From NCBI RefSeq assembly GCF_009914755.1, contig NC_060926.1: 64,000 bases of DNA; one strand, 5' to 3'. Position 1 is the first letter of the stretch. Every line of letters starts with the position of its first letter. A program made the translations under genes and the position numbers. The notes under the pieces are model-generated. The model was not told the DNA's origin. It saw only the letters and a program-made list of their open reading frames with translations, and did no database searches. Below, one piece after another: positions 27,896 through 42,400 of the stretch. The DNA comes from the human T2T-CHM13v2.0 reference genome, Homo sapiens.

Positions 27896-28519
27896 AACTA
27901 ATATAGAATTATTAATCTATTAGGGACTGAGCTAAATTTGAGTTACTCTAATAAATCATCAAGGAAAAAAATGAAAGGAGGTATTTCTTTCCAAAGAAGG
28001 ATTGAAGAGCTCTTTTAAACAACATCTTAAGAAGTAAGGTGCAAATGCACTTAAGTTGTCAGGTCCGTGAATACTGCATTTCTTTTCTTAGCTAATGCAG
28101 TTTTCACTTTAGTTTTGAAAGAAACAAGTACCACACCAAGGTATTTAAAATAATAAATGTTAAGGTTTTATGTGATACTCAGAGTGATGCTTATCTAAAG
28201 GGGGTGCGGAGCCTTTTTAGCCAAGGAGCCATTGTCCATTGTCTTGTTTTTCACATGAACTTTCCATTTGTCTTACAAGTCTGGGTGTGATAACAATTAA
28301 CCATATATTCTTGGTCAAAATGCCTAACACTTGATAAAAGCCTAATAAATATCTGCAATTTTAATATTATTATTAAATAAATATTATTAATAGTATGTAA
28401 TATATTATTAAATATTATCAAATATTATAATATTATTATCATAACATATTTCCCTAGCATTTTGATTAACAAAAGGAAAGCTCACTTTAAGACATAATCT
28501 CACTGTTCACAATATTTTA

Positions 28520-30455
28520 TGTTGATGGTTTCTACCCTGGGAAGTAGAAAACTTGAAGAGTATTACTCTCACCCTTACAGAGAAGAAGAAAAAACTACAT
28601 CAAATTAGTAACTTAGTTTGAAGTCATTGAGAGTTGAAGTCACAATGCAACAAACTAAACCAAACTCTGAGAACTGGTACCTACAGGAAGAGAAGTGAGA
28701 CAAAGCACTCCTTTGAATTATGCAACCAGATGTCAGTAGAAAGCAATAAGCAAAATAGTTGACAAATTGCTGAAGACCAGGTGTAATATTTTAGGATAGC
28801 ATAAAACCCCACAGTGCCATAGAAACTGGGTGAACCTGCACTCTCTTGAAGGCACTTTCTTAATGAACTCCACCAGGTTATCCCAGAAAATATCAGAAAA
28901 AAAGCTCACAGGATTGTCTATTGCAATGCAGATCTAAGGAGGGGAATATTTCTGAGGGACTGGTCAGACACTCTGCTTGGATTATTATCCTCTTCTCCAC
29001 GATGGAAGAAACGCCTTATTCTAGGAGCAGAAGAAAGGGAAGCACTGCTGTCCCTAAAACATTAATGAAACTACCATAGTTAGGGGACTGGAAGAGGTAA
29101 AAAACTAAATCAATAAAACTGTCATGATTACACACTGATACTACAATTTTAGCTGGAGAAAGGGCATGAGATTAAAAGAAAAAAAAAAAGGCCACACCCA
29201 GACACCCAGGAGATTCAGGGAAATAATGTATACTTAACACAAAGGTTCAATCAGAAGAATAGAGGCTGCAACCTCACCCCACCCTGAATGAGCTAATGAG
29301 CATGAATTAGAAAGTAATAGCAGAATGCAGTTGGTAAAAGAACAAGAGATGCCCTTTCTGAGACACAATGTAAAGGAAATACCTAAAACTCAGAAACAAA
29401 CAGACATTGTTATGGAAAGACAACCTCCATACTCCATACAGCAATTCATTTACATCAATTTGAAGTTTCTGGTGAAGACCTAGCAGAAAGAAAGGTGTGT
29501 CCAACTTCAGGTATAAAAAGTATTACCCTAGTGTCTAGTGTACTATAAAAATGTTTAGCATATAACAAAAAAGTAACTATAAGGCATGTAAAACACAGGC
29601 AAAACCTCCAACGAAGTTACGATTAGAACTATACTCCAACATGACATAAATTTTAGACTAATAAAGAATGTTAAAAAAAGATTGATATGCTAAAGACTCT
29701 AATGGAAAACAGATCAGATGGTTAGTTTCAGCAGAGAAATGGAAATTGTAAAAGTAAATCACTGGAACTGCTAGAAATTTAAAAAAAAAACAGTAATAAA
29801 GATGAAGAATATTTTCAAATAGCTCATCAGTATATTCAACACAGCTGAAGAAAGAATCTGCAAATTTGAGGAAAAATCAATAGAAATCAACCTAACTTGA
29901 ACACACAAAAAATAAAAGAGTACAACAGCAACAACAAAATCAAGACTGAGCATGCAAGAGCTGTGAAACAATATCAAGTATTCTAACATGTGAAATTAGA
30001 ATGCTGGTAGAGAAAGAGAGCAAACAAGAAATTTTCCAAAACACAGCTGATACCAAATCACTGAGGCAAAAAGATAAGAAAAAGGGAAGCAGGATAAAAA
30101 TAAAACAAACAAACAACAAAATAAAATTTAAACACACACACACCGTCTAAGGGTATGATATTCAAACTGCTAAAAACAAAATAAAACAAAAAGGAGAAAA
30201 TCTTGATGTCTCTCAGAGAAAAAAGAAACATTTAACAAGTAACAAAGATAAGCATTACAGAAGAATTCTTGTCAGAAGCCATAAAAGATCATTAAAAAGT
30301 CATATTATTAAATGAAATAAACTATAAACCCAAAACATTGTCAACTCCGATTTCAAAACTCAGAAAAAAAATACAAAATATTTTTTATCAGAAAGACAAA
30401 AAGTAAGGAAATTAATTGTCAATAAACCTAAATGAAAAGTTAAAAAATTCTTCAG
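28520..30455 (+). mobile_element. Old L1M 5' region/ORF1 relic
   Basis: A-rich decayed ORF1 (GCTCATCAGTATATTCAACACAGCTGAAGAAAGAATC). Confidence 0.65.
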
Positions 30456-30880
30456 CTGGGAGGAGGGGTGGAAAATGCCTGACCAGACTCACGTAATGTG
30501 CACCTCCTCCACAGAGGACAGCCATAATAGTAAGCATATACTCACAATCCAAGCACATCATCTAGGAGAGAATGCCTGGATTCATCAGAGAAGAGACAAG
30601 AAGTGCCAGAAGTAAGTAAGAAGATGGGCTTGAGGCAATTTGCCCAGCCGCAAACCAACTGAGAGTGGGAGAGGCTGGACATGGAGAAGTAGTAAGAAAG
30701 AAATCCCCAGAGCTCTGAAACAGGCTTTAACAATCTTGGCTACAGGGGAAACACTCAGCCTACTAGGAATTTATGCCTGGCATATGGAGTGGCCTAAAGT
30801 CTGCAAAGATGTTGCTCCAGAAAGAGAACGCGTACAGAATCCCACAGGCAGCCAAGCCTGGAGCAGCTTCAGCTGAGAAC

Positions 30881-31858
30881 CATTTTGAGAGCCCCGATAC
30901 CAGGAGTAGAGACATGGCTGCAGCCACGGCACTGCTCCAAGGACAGAGAGGAAGATGGGGTGCGCCCACTCACCCCCTGGGAGAGTATTTGCTGCTCTGC
31001 TATAAGCCACTGGGACTGAGACATGATTAGACCACACTCCCCATAGCTTCTCACCCAGGCTGTTTTCTTGGATGGTATCCCCCACCTTCTCTGGTCCTAG
31101 ACCAAATAGCATTTTGAGAATTTAATGCTAAGCTGCACCCCTCACTCAACCTGAGTTTAGGCTGACACGCTGAAGCTGCTGCCCAGCCTCCAAGGGAGGG
31201 TTACTAGGACATCCTATGAACGTCTAGTCTAGCATAACATCTTGGAACAGGCTGCTGTGAGGCAGAGACTTGAGTGGACTGTATTTCCCACAGATTCTTG
31301 CTCATATTGCTTGCCAGGGCGATGCCCCATCCTCTCTGATCCCCACCAAGGTGGCATTTTGAGACTTTAACACTGGTCTGCCTCCCAACCTTGGCCTGAG
31401 CTTGAATTGACATGGCAATAGCTGCTGCTCAGGCAAAAAGGCACAGGGAGATGAGGCCATCCTACACATGTATAGGACAATACCCCCTACCCTGCAGTGG
31501 GCTGGTATGACTGAAAGTGATGAGACTGCACTGCCTCCAGCTTCTTGCCAATGGTGCTTGTCTGGGTAGTGCCCCACCCTCCCTGATTCCAGGGTCAACA
31601 TATAATTTTGAGAGACTAATGCCGAGCTGCAATCCGTGCTTGGCCTGAATTTGGGCTGGCAAGGCTGAAGCCACTGACCAGCCAACGCGGGACAGGGAAG
31701 CCAGGTTCTCCTGTGCATACCTAGGACAATACTAGATGCCCTGCTGTGGGATGTTGTGAGATAGAGTTGCATGTGGACTGCACTTCCCAGAGTTTCTTGC
31801 TCATGCTGCTCACCTGAGGGGGGCCTACCCTCTTTGGTCACAAACCTAAAGCTGCCAC
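30881..31858 (+). repeat. Four diverged ~230-255 bp tandem monomers in the L1 5'UTR
   Basis: Units begin (C/A)ATTTTGAGA at 30881, 31110, 31355, 31604; shared TTCTTG...CCC(C/T)ACC. Confidence 0.8.
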
Positions 31859-34132
31859 CACTTTAAAAGTTTAGAGACATTGAATCAGCAGCCATAGCAG
31901 GCATTTTAGTCTTAAGCCAGAGATTGGAGCACTTGCTCTGGAATGAGGAAGGCCCTCACGGCCAGAATTAACCAGTGAGTGTGGAGAGTACCCCCGCAGT
32001 AGGTGCTGCAATTAGGCTCTCCTTCATCTTAGGGCTGGAATGGGAGGAGAGTAACTAAAGCTGAGGTTTCTCCTGGGTGGTGAGACTTTCAGCAAGGGAC
32101 AGCTTTGTCACCTGGAACTAGTCTCTGTGTATCGTTTTGGATGTCTGAGCCTGATCCCTTGGTCAGCTGGAGCATAATACCCCACAAACTTTGAGGAGTG
32201 GGAGGAGGACCCCACTCCCTTGGAAATCTAATGCTCTGTGCAGTCCACCTCTAAGAGAAGGGGAGTGCCGGTCATCATAGACCCCCTTGGACCAAGGGAA
32301 ATGTGGAGTGTGTCACCAGTCACAGAAGGCAGCACCATTCAAGCCCAGGAAAAGACATGGGGTCACCTTTTGCTTCCTAACTCCCTCCTCAGTGCACTGT
32401 TTCAGACAATGACTCTTCCCATAGGCTCTTCAGGAAACATGGGCTGAAAGACACTACTTTTCAGGCTTCTCCGGTGGCTTCGCTGTGTGCTGGGGGAGGG
32501 CACTTTTCACACTTCTCCATTGCCTCTGCCCCCTCCCTACTGACTAGCTATTACTCCTCAGTGCCATCTACTGGAATTCAGCCTGAATTACACCGCCAAA
32601 CAAAATTATGTTGCCACAAGCTACATCTAAGAAAGCCACTGCCCAAATTCTCCTCTGAAAGCACATAGAAATGGAAACAATTGATCATACACAATACACA
32701 CCACAGCATACTCTCAAGGGAAAAAAGAAAAATAATCAAGAAGTCCAATCAAAAATGTAGCAAATTCAAAAAATAGAGTGCAAGAACTCTGGCAATATGA
32801 AAAGCCAGAATGTCTAGTCACCTCCAATGGATCCCACTAGTCCCCAAGCAATGGATTCTAGGCAGAACAAAATGTCTGAAATGACAGATATAGAATTCAG
32901 ACTATGAATTGCAAAGAAACTCAATGAGATGCAAAAGAAAGTTGAAATCCAACAAAAAGAAGCCAGAAAATCAATCCAAGTTTTGAAAAATGACATAGCT
33001 ATATTAAGAAAGAACCAAAAAGATGTTCTAGGAATGAAAAATTTATTGCAGGAATTTCAAAATACAGTTGGAAACCTGAATAACAAATGGGACCAAACAG
33101 AAGACAAGATTTCAGAGCTCAAAGATTAGTCCTACAAGTTGACTGTATTAGACAAAAAACAAAGCAAAAAGAATTTTAAGAAGTGAACAAAGCCTTCTAG
33201 AAATATGATATTATGTAAAACAATCAAATCTATGACTTATTGGCATTCCTGTGAGAGAATAATAGAAAATCAGCAACTTGGAAATCATATTTGAGGATAT
33301 AACTCAGGAAAAATTTCTTAATCTTGCTAAAGATTAAGAAACATGCAGATACAAGAAATTTAGAGATCTCCTATGAGATACTACACAAGATGCCCATCCC
33401 CGAGGCACATAGTCATTAAATGACTATCCAAGATCATTACAAAAACAACAAAAACAAGGCAAAACAAAACAAAACAAAGTTTAAATACAGCTAGAAAAAA
33501 AGGTTATATTACCTGTAAAGAGAAGCCCATCAACCTAACAGCAGAATTCTCAGAAGAAACCTTAAAAGCCAGAAAAGATCAAGGGCCCATTTTTAGCATT
33601 CTTAAAGAAAAATATACCAGCGAAGAATTTTATATCCTTCTGAATTAAAACTTCATAAATGACAGAGAAATAAAGTATTTCCCAGGCAAGCAATTGCTAA
33701 GAGAGATTGTTATCACTAGACCAGCCCTACAGGAGATACTTAAGGGAGTTCTAAACATGGAAATGAAAATTAAATGCTGGATGCCACAAAAGTACACACA
33801 AGCATAGCCCACAAATTCTATAATGCAATCACACAATCCAGACTACAAAGCAACTATCTAACAACACCATGATAGGAACAAAACCTCACATATCAATATT
33901 AGTTTTGAACTTAAATAGACTAAACACTTCATTTCAAAGATATAAAGTGTAAAATTAGATAAAAATCAAGACCTATTCTTTTGCTATCTTCAAGAGACTC
34001 GTCTCATGTGTTCTGACACCCATAAGCTCAAAATAAAGAGATAGAGAAAATTGTATCATGCCAATGGAAAACAAAAAAAAGCAAGGGTCACTAAACAGAC
34101 TTTAAACCAATACCAGTAAAAAAGGACAAAGA

Positions 34133-34464
<332 letters not shown>

Positions 34465-34639
34465 CTATCCTAAATATGTACACGCCCAACATTATAGCAC
34501 CCAGATTTAACAAAGAATTACTTCTAGACCTAAGAAAAAACTTTTACATACACATAGAGATAGTGGGGTACTTCAGCACCACACTGATAGCATTAGACAG
34601 ATGATCAAAGCAGAAAACTAAACAAAGAAATTCTGGACT

Positions 34640-34797
34640 TTAATTCTACACTTGACCAATTCGACCTCCATCTACAGAATACTCCACCCAACAACCACAG
34701 AATATGCATTCTTCTCATTTAAATTCTACACTTGACTAATTGGACCTACATCGACAGAATACTCTGGCCAACAACCACAGAATATACATTCTTCTCA
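34640..34797 (+). repeat. 80-bp diverged tandem duplication in the L1 endonuclease region
   Basis: AATTCTACACTTGAC...ACAACCACAGAATAT...CTTCTCA repeated at 34642 and 34722. Confidence 0.9.
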
Positions 34798-36874
34798 ACT
34801 GCCCACAGAACTTACTGTAAGACTGACCACATACTCAGTCATAAAGCAAGTTTCAACAAACAAAAAAATTTAAATTATACCAAGTATCTTTTCAGGCAAC
34901 AGAGGATAAAATTAGAAATCAATACCAAGGGGAAGTCTCAAAACACAAATACATGAAAACCAAACAATTTGCTCCTCTTAAATGATATTTGGGTAAAAAA
35001 CAAAATTAAGGAAGAAATTGAAAAATTCTTTGTCACAAATATAAATAGAGACAAAACATACCAAAATCACTGGAATGTGGCAAAAACTGATAAGAGGAAT
35101 GTTTTAGCGCTAAACACCTACATTAACAGACAGAAAGATCTCAGATTAACAAACTAACCTCACACCAAAGGAATTAGATAAAGAAGAATAAACTGTACCC
35201 AAAACTAGCAGAAGAAATGAAATAACTATGATCAGAACATAATTAAATGAAATCGAGACTCAAGAAAACATACAAAGATTAACACGATGAAAAGTTGGTT
35301 CACTGAAAGGATAAACAAGATCGACAGACCACAAGCTAGATTAACAAAGAAAAAAAGAGAAGATATAAATAATCACAATCAGAAATGACAAAAGAGACAT
35401 CATAACTGATCCCACAGAAATAGAAAAAGCCCTCAGAGATTACTATGATCATCTCTGAACACAAACTAGAAAATCTAGAGAAAATAGACAAATTCTTGGA
35501 AAAATGACACCTTCCAAGATTGAACCAGAAAGAAACAGAAATCTTGAAGATACCAAGGAAAAGTAATGATATTAAGTAGTTAATAAAAAGCCTACCAGTC
35601 TAAAAAGCATTGGATCAGATAGATTTTCATCTACATTCTACTAGACATGAGAGAAGAACTGGTTCCAATCCTACTGAAATTGTTCCAAAACATTGGAGAA
35701 GGGTCTCCTCCCTAACTCATTCTATGACCAGAATGCTCTTGATACCAAAAATCTGGCAGAGATACAATTAAAAGAAGAAAACTACAAGCCTGGAGAACAT
35801 AGACACAAAAATCTTCAACAATATACTAGCAACCCGAATCCACTAAAACATCAAATAGTTAATTAACCATGATCAACTGGGCTTTACTCCTCAGACAAAA
35901 GGATGGTTTAACCCATATAAATCAATAAATGTAATTCATCATATAAACAGAACTAAAAAAAAAACCATATGAATATCTCAATAGCACACAAAAAGCTTTT
36001 GATAAAATTCAATATCCCTTCAAGATAAAAGCCCTCAATAAACTAGGCATCAAAGAAATATATACAAAAATAATCAGAGCCATCTATGTAAAATTCATAG
36101 CCAAACATCATACTGTACCTTAAAAGCTGGAACCATTCTCTTTGAGAGCTCAAACAAGACAAAGATGTCTACTCTCACTGCTCCTATTCAACATACTATT
36201 AAAGTGCTAGCCAAAGCAATCAGGCAGAAGAAAGAAAGGGCATCTAAATAAGAAAAGAAAATGGGAAGTCTAATTATCTCTCTTTGCTGACTTTATGATT
36301 CCATATATAGAAAACCGTAAAGATTCTACCAAATTTCTCCTAGGCCTGATAAATGACTTTAGCAAGTTCTTGGGATATAAAATCAATGTACAACAATCAG
36401 GAGCACTTCTACACACCAATAATGTTCAAGCCGAGAATCAAGTAAAGAGTGCAATCGTGCAATCCCATTTATGATAGCCACACACCCACACATAAAATGT
36501 AGCAATACATCTAGCCAAAGAGATGATAAAGAGATGAAGGATCTCAACCAATAGAATTACAAAACACTGATAAAAGAAGTCATAGACAATATAAACAAAT
36601 GGAAACAGATTCCATGCTTAAGGATTAGAAAAATCAATATTGTTAAAATATCCACACTGCCAAAGTAATCTACAGATTCAACACTATTCCTATTCAATTT
36701 CCAATGTAATTCTTCACTTAATTAAACAAAATATTCTAAAATTTGTATGAAACCAAAACAAGAGTCTGGATAACCAAAAAACCTAAGCAAAAAGAACAAA
36801 GCTGGATACATCACACTACCCTACTTTAAACTATACTACAAGGCTACAGTAACCAATAAAGCATTGTACTGATT

Positions 36875-36942
36875 AAAAAAAAAAGAAAGAGAAAGAAAGA
36901 AAGAAAGAAAAAAGAAAAAGAAAAAGGAAAGATAAAAGAAAA
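36875..36942 (+). repeat. (GAAA)n/A-rich microsatellite
   Basis: Direct inspection. Confidence 0.9.
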
Positions 36943-38305
36943 TGTCACATGGATCAATGAAACAGAATAGAGAAAGCTGCAAAGCTACAACCAACTGATC
37001 TTCAACAAAGTTGACAAAAATGAACATTGGAGGAAGAAAACCCTAACCGATAAATGGTGCTGAGAAAATGGCTATACATATGCAAAAGAATAAAACTGGG
37101 TGGGCACCTCTCATCATATAAAAAATTTACTCAAGGTGGATTAAATACTTAATTTAAGATCTCAATCTGTAAAATGCCTAGAATAAAACCTAGGAAATAC
37201 CCTTCTATACATTGGCCTAGGCAAATAATTTATGACTAAGTCCACAAATGCAAATCCAACAAAAAACAAAAATTGACAAGTGGGACCTAATTAAACTAAA
37301 GAGCTTCTGCATGGCGAGAGAAACTACCAACAGAGTAAACACACAAGCTACATAATGAGAGAAAATATTTGCAAATCATGCATCTAACAAAGGTCTAATA
37401 TTCAAAATCTGTAAAGAACTTAAACAGATCAACAAGGAAACAACAAATAACCCCACTAAAATGTGGGCAAAAGGTATGAATACACATTTCTCAAAAGAAG
37501 ACATACAAGCAGCCAATAAACATATGAAAAAACATTCAACATCATTAATGATCAGAGAGATGCAAATAAAAACCACAGTGAGATACCATCTCACACCAGT
37601 CAAAATGGCTATTACTAAAAAAAAATCAGAAAATAATAGATGTTTGGAAGACTGTGAAGAAGAGGAAACACTTATACACTGCTGGTGGGAATATAAATTA
37701 GTTCGGCCCCAGTGGAAAGTAGTTTGAAGATTTCTCAAAGAACTAAAAACAGAATTATCGTACGACTCAGCAATCTCATTAATGAATATATACCCAAAGA
37801 AATATAAATTGTTTCAACAAAAAGACACCTGCACTTACATGTTTATTGCAGCACTATTCACAATAGCAAATATATGGAATCAATCTAAGTGCCCATCAAT
37901 GATGAGTTGGATAAAGAAAATGTGGTACATATACACCATGGAATACCATGCAGTCCTAATAAAGAATAAAATTATGCTCTTTGCAACATCATGGATGAGG
38001 TTGGACGACATTATCCTAAACAAATTACTGTAGAAATGTAAAACCAAATACTTCATGTTCTCATTTATTAGTGGGAGCTAAACAGTGAGTTTGCACAGAC
38101 ACAAAGTTGGGAACAATAAGTACTGGGGATTCAAAAAGGTGGGAGGGAGGGAGGGAGAGAAGGGACACATTTTGAGAAACTACCTATCAGGTACTCTGTT
38201 CACTATTTGGATGACAGGATCATTAGAAGCTCAAACCTCAGTGTCATATAATATATTCATGTCAAAAACCTGCATATGTCTCCCTTGAATCTAAACTAAA
38301 ATGTT

Positions 38306-38520
38306 GGGTTGTGTGTGGTGTCTCACGCCTGTAATCCTAACACTTGCAGAGGCCAAGGCAAGAGGATTACTTGAGCTCAGGGGTTTGAGGCCAGTCTGAG
38401 TAACATATCGAGACTTCATCTCTACTAAAAATACATTTTAAAAAAATCAGCTGGGCGTGTGACGCATGCCTGTAGTCTTAGCTATTTGGGAGGCTTAGAT
38501 GGCAGGATCACTTGAGCCCA
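38306..38520 (+). mobile_element. AluJ/S-type SINE, right arm truncated
   Basis: Left arm plus linker, ends abruptly at CTTGAGCCCA. Confidence 0.88.
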
Positions 38521-39292
38521 CTTCTTTGCAAAAATTGAGAAGATAGTCCTAAAATTCATATGGAAATTCAAAGGACTATGAATATTCAAAATAATCTTGA
38601 AGAACAAATTTGAAAGATTCATACTTCCTAATTTGAAAAATTACTGCAAAACTACATTAATCAATACAGTGTGGTACGGTCCTAACAATACATGTAAACC
38701 AATGGAATCAAGTTGAAAGTTCAGAAATAAATCTTCACATTATATCTAATTAATTTTCTACTGGATAGAATAGTAGCTTCAATAAATAGTAATAAAGTGA
38801 CTAAACAGCCACATGAAAATAATAGTGTGTACCTCTACCTTATACCATATGTCAGAATTAACCCAAAGTAAATGAAAAGCCTAAATGTAAAAGCTCAATC
38901 TATAAAATTAAAAGAAAAAAAACCTAGGCACAATCTTTATGACCCTGTAAATGCAACACAAAAAGCAAAAGCAACAAAAGAGAAAAAATAGACAAATTGA
39001 ACATCACCAAAATTAAAAACTATTGTGCTTTGATGGACCTCATCCATAAAGGACCTCATCAATAAAGTGACAACATAAGCCACACCGTGACAGAAAATAC
39101 TTACACATCATATACCTGATAAGGGACTTATATCTAGAAAATATGCACAACTATTAAAACTCAATAGTAAAAAGACAATAACCCAATTTAAAAATTTACA
39201 AAAGATTAGAAGAAATATTTTTTCAGAAGAAAATCACAAATGTGCAATGAGCACATGAAAAGATGCTCCACATCGCTAGCCATTAGAAATCT

Positions 39293-39689
39293 TGTGGCCA
39301 TCTCATAGTGACCAAATAGACCTCACAAAATGTTTGATTCAGCCATCAAGACTGATGATGGCACAAGGACCAAGGTGGCAAGAAAAGTTCATCATTTACA
39401 TAATAAAGCTAATGAGAAGAGCATGACAGCCCTCGTAATCTGGTTTAAAAAGTACTCAAGAGAGCAAAGAAAGGAAGTTGGTTTAGAGTTTTTATGGAAG
39501 TTAGGAAGTGATGCTGAGTGAGCTTTCCCATACTTGAGGAAGGACTTGCGCGTTATGAGACTTCTGTCCATGCCCAAAGACGGAGTGCTCTGGCTTATAT
39601 ATCACCTTGTGCAGACACAAGGCAGAGGGAACAAGAGAGGGGCTTAGTGGCAGTCAAACATTAAAAATTGATTCAGACTATTTATTTCA
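39293..39689 (-). mobile_element. ERV solo LTR (possibly LTR55-like; family uncertain)
   Basis: TG...CA-bounded insert interrupting L1 at GAAAT|ATGCAAA; - strand begins TGAAATAAATAGTCTGAATCAATTTTTAATGTTTGACTGC. Confidence 0.65.
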
Positions 39690-40083
39690 ATGCAAAGCTA
39701 AACCAGTCAAATACCACTTCACATCCACTTTAATAGCTACAGTCAAAAAGACAAACTTTGGTGAGGATATGGAGAAATTAGGTCCCCCATAAAAGGCTGG
39801 TGGGATGTAAGATGGCTAAACTATCCTGGAAAACAATATAGCAGTTGCTCAAACTATGAGACATTAAGTTACTATGTGACTCACCAATTCAACTTCTAGA
39901 TGTATACTCAAGAGAAATGACAACTTGTGTCCACCCGAATGTTGTACACAAATGTTCATAACATAATTATTTATAACTAAAAAATGGAAACAATTCAATC
40001 ATTCATCAACTGATAGATGACTAAATAGAATACGGTATGTTCATAGAGAAAAATATTACTAGGCAAAAAACAGAAATAGAGTA

Positions 40084-40332
40084 CACTTGTCCCTGGGTAT
40101 TGCAGGAGTATATGCAGGAGATTGGTTCTAGGACTAACCAGGTAAACTCAAATCTGGGCAGACTCAAGTTGCAAATTCAGCTCTGTGGTGTATAGGAAAA
40201 GTCACCCCTCCATTCATACAGGTTTTGCATCCCATGAATGCTGTATTTTCGAACTGCATTTGGTTTAAAACAAAAAAAAAGCATATAAGTGAACCTGCAC
40301 AGCTGAAACCTGTGTGGTTCAGAGATCAACTT
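40084..40332 (+). mobile_element. MER8 (Tigger-family) DNA transposon
   Basis: TA-flanked; CACTTGTCCCTGGGTAT...ATAAGTGAACCTGCACAGCTGAAACC...GATCAACT. Confidence 0.85.
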
Positions 40333-40675
40333 TACTTGACATGTGCTACAACATGGATGGCCCTTGAAAACATTATGCCAAGGAAAAGAAGTCAGTCACA
40401 ATGGGCCACATATTGTGTGATCCTATTTGTATAATGTTCAAAATAGGCAAATGCATAGGGACAGAAAGTACATCCGTGGTTTCCTAGGGCTGCAGAGGGG
40501 TGGGTGGTTAAGATCAACAGTCAGAGGGTGTGAGTTTTCTTTTTGGGATGATGAAAGTGTTCAAAAATTGAAATGATGGTTGAACAACCCTCTTAAAAGC
40601 CATTTAATTATAACTTTAGTGGGTGAATTGTATGGCATGTGAATTAAATATCAATAAAACTTTTAAATAAAAAAA

Positions 40676-41835
40676 TCTTCAACCTTTTTCTCACACCTAA
40701 TATAAAAATTAATTCAATATGGTTTCATGATTTAAATGTAAACCTAAAACTATAAAATTTCTAGAAGAATATACAGGAGAAAAACTGGTGAACTTGGATT
40801 GACCGAAGAATTATTAACTATCACTCCAAAGTATAACCCATAAAATAAAAACTTGATAAACTTTTAGTTGAATCAACAACTTTTGCTTAGTGAGCAGCAA
40901 TTCATTCCCAATGATAATGTAAAATAGTACAGCCATGTCTGGAAACGTTATCTGCTTTGTTATATAAAGTTAAACATACTCCTGCCATATGACCCAGAAA
41001 TCCCACTTCTGAATTTCTACCCAAAAGAAATAAAATATTTCCTTCACATAAAAATATGTATGTGAATGCTATGGCAGCTTTATTTATATTGCCCCAAACT
41101 GGAAACAACCAGATGTCTTTCAACCCCTAGTGCATAAACAATCTGTGGTCCATCCATACATTAAAATACTACTATTAAAAGAAACACACTATTGATTCAT
41201 GGAACAACTTGGATGGTTCTTAAATGCCTTTTAGGAAGTGTAAGAAGCCAGACCCAAAGGCTACATATTGTATAATTCCATTTATATTACATCCTCTGAA
41301 AAATAGAGGAAAGATAACCAGTCAGTGGTTTCCAGGGATTGAGGGAAGGAGAAATTCTTCACAAAAGGAATGTCTGGGGTGGTGGAAGTGTTCCGTATGG
41401 AATGGTATTAGTGGATAGGCAACTTACTCATTAGTCCAAACCCCATATAACTATACGAAACGCAATGTAAACTTTACTGTATGTACATTTTTTAAAAGAA
41501 ACCAAGATGGAGGCAAGTGACTCCGTAAAGTGAAAACACAGAAAGATTAATCATCTGTCCCAGATTAAGGGAGACTGAGAGCCAAGGCAAGTAAATATAG
41601 CGTGGAAACCTGAATGGGATCCTAGAACAAAAAAAAAAAATTGAAAAACTAATGAACTTCAAATAAGTTCTATATTTTAATTAATAGCATAGTCTCAAAG
41701 TTCATTTCTTAGTTTAGATAAATGTCTCAAGATTGAGATGTTAGAATAAAAGGAAACTAGATAATGGGAATATAGAAATTGTAAATGTTCTGTAAGTCTA
41801 AAATTAACTCAATTTTTTTAAAAATAAAAAAGCAT
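40676..41835 (+). mobile_element. L1MC/MD-type fragments
   Basis: CCAAACTGGAAACAACCAGATGTC...AGCCAGACCCAAAGGCTACATATTGTATAATTCC. Confidence 0.72.
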
Positions 41836-41937
41836 TAAAAAGCAGGGTTAAACACCAGTGTTAACCACCAGGGTTCAAATGCTTTCACTGACTTCTTTCA
41901 ATATATCTTTCCTGTATTAGTTCATACTTTTTAATTA

Positions 41938-42400
41938 TGTGATGTCCATGTCCTAATTCCTGGAACCTGTGAAATACATTGCTTTATGTTGGAAAAAAAT
42001 TTTTACGTATGGGGACATTATCCTGAATTAGTCATATGGCCCAGTGATGTAATCACTTGAGTCCTTATAAGAGGGAGGCCGGGGGTCAGCTTTGGAGATA
42101 AGAGAGAGAAGAATGTGGGAACAGAGAGGAATCTCAGATGTCCTGGCACTGGCTTTGAAGATGAAGCAAGAGCTACAGGCATTGGAATGCAAGGACGGCA
42201 GCTTTAGAAGCTGGAAAAGACCAGGAAACGGGTTCTCCCTAGAAATTCTGGAGGAAGCCTAGCCCTGCTAACACCCTGATTTTGTCCCAGTAAAGCTGAT
42301 TTTGAGTTTATGTCTTTCAGAACTGTAAGAAAATGACTTTGTGTTGTTTTAAGCCGACAAGCTTGTGGCAATGTGTTCAGGCAACAATAGGAAAGCAATA
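41938..42400 (+). mobile_element. MLT1 (C/D-like) MaLR solo LTR
   Basis: GTCCTAATTCCTGGAACCTGTGAA...AGAAGCTGGAAAAGACCAGGAAACGGGTTCTCCCTAGA...CAGAACTGTAAGA. Confidence 0.85.

Larger units (their letters stand above)
38521..40675 (+). mobile_element. L1MB-type ORF2 3' part and 3'UTR, interrupted by an LTR and MER8
   Basis: CCTAAAATTCATATGGAAATTC...; 3' end TGGGTGAATTGTATGGCATGTGAATTAAATATCAATAAA. Confidence 0.82.

Noticed and set aside
28360-28450. AATATTATT-type quasi-repeat
   Set aside because: Ordinary AT-rich low complexity with no regular unit
30542-32668. Dense cluster of overlapping ORFs (up to 179 aa) suggesting a gene
   Set aside because: Explained by the higher GC of the L1 5'UTR; no recognisable protein
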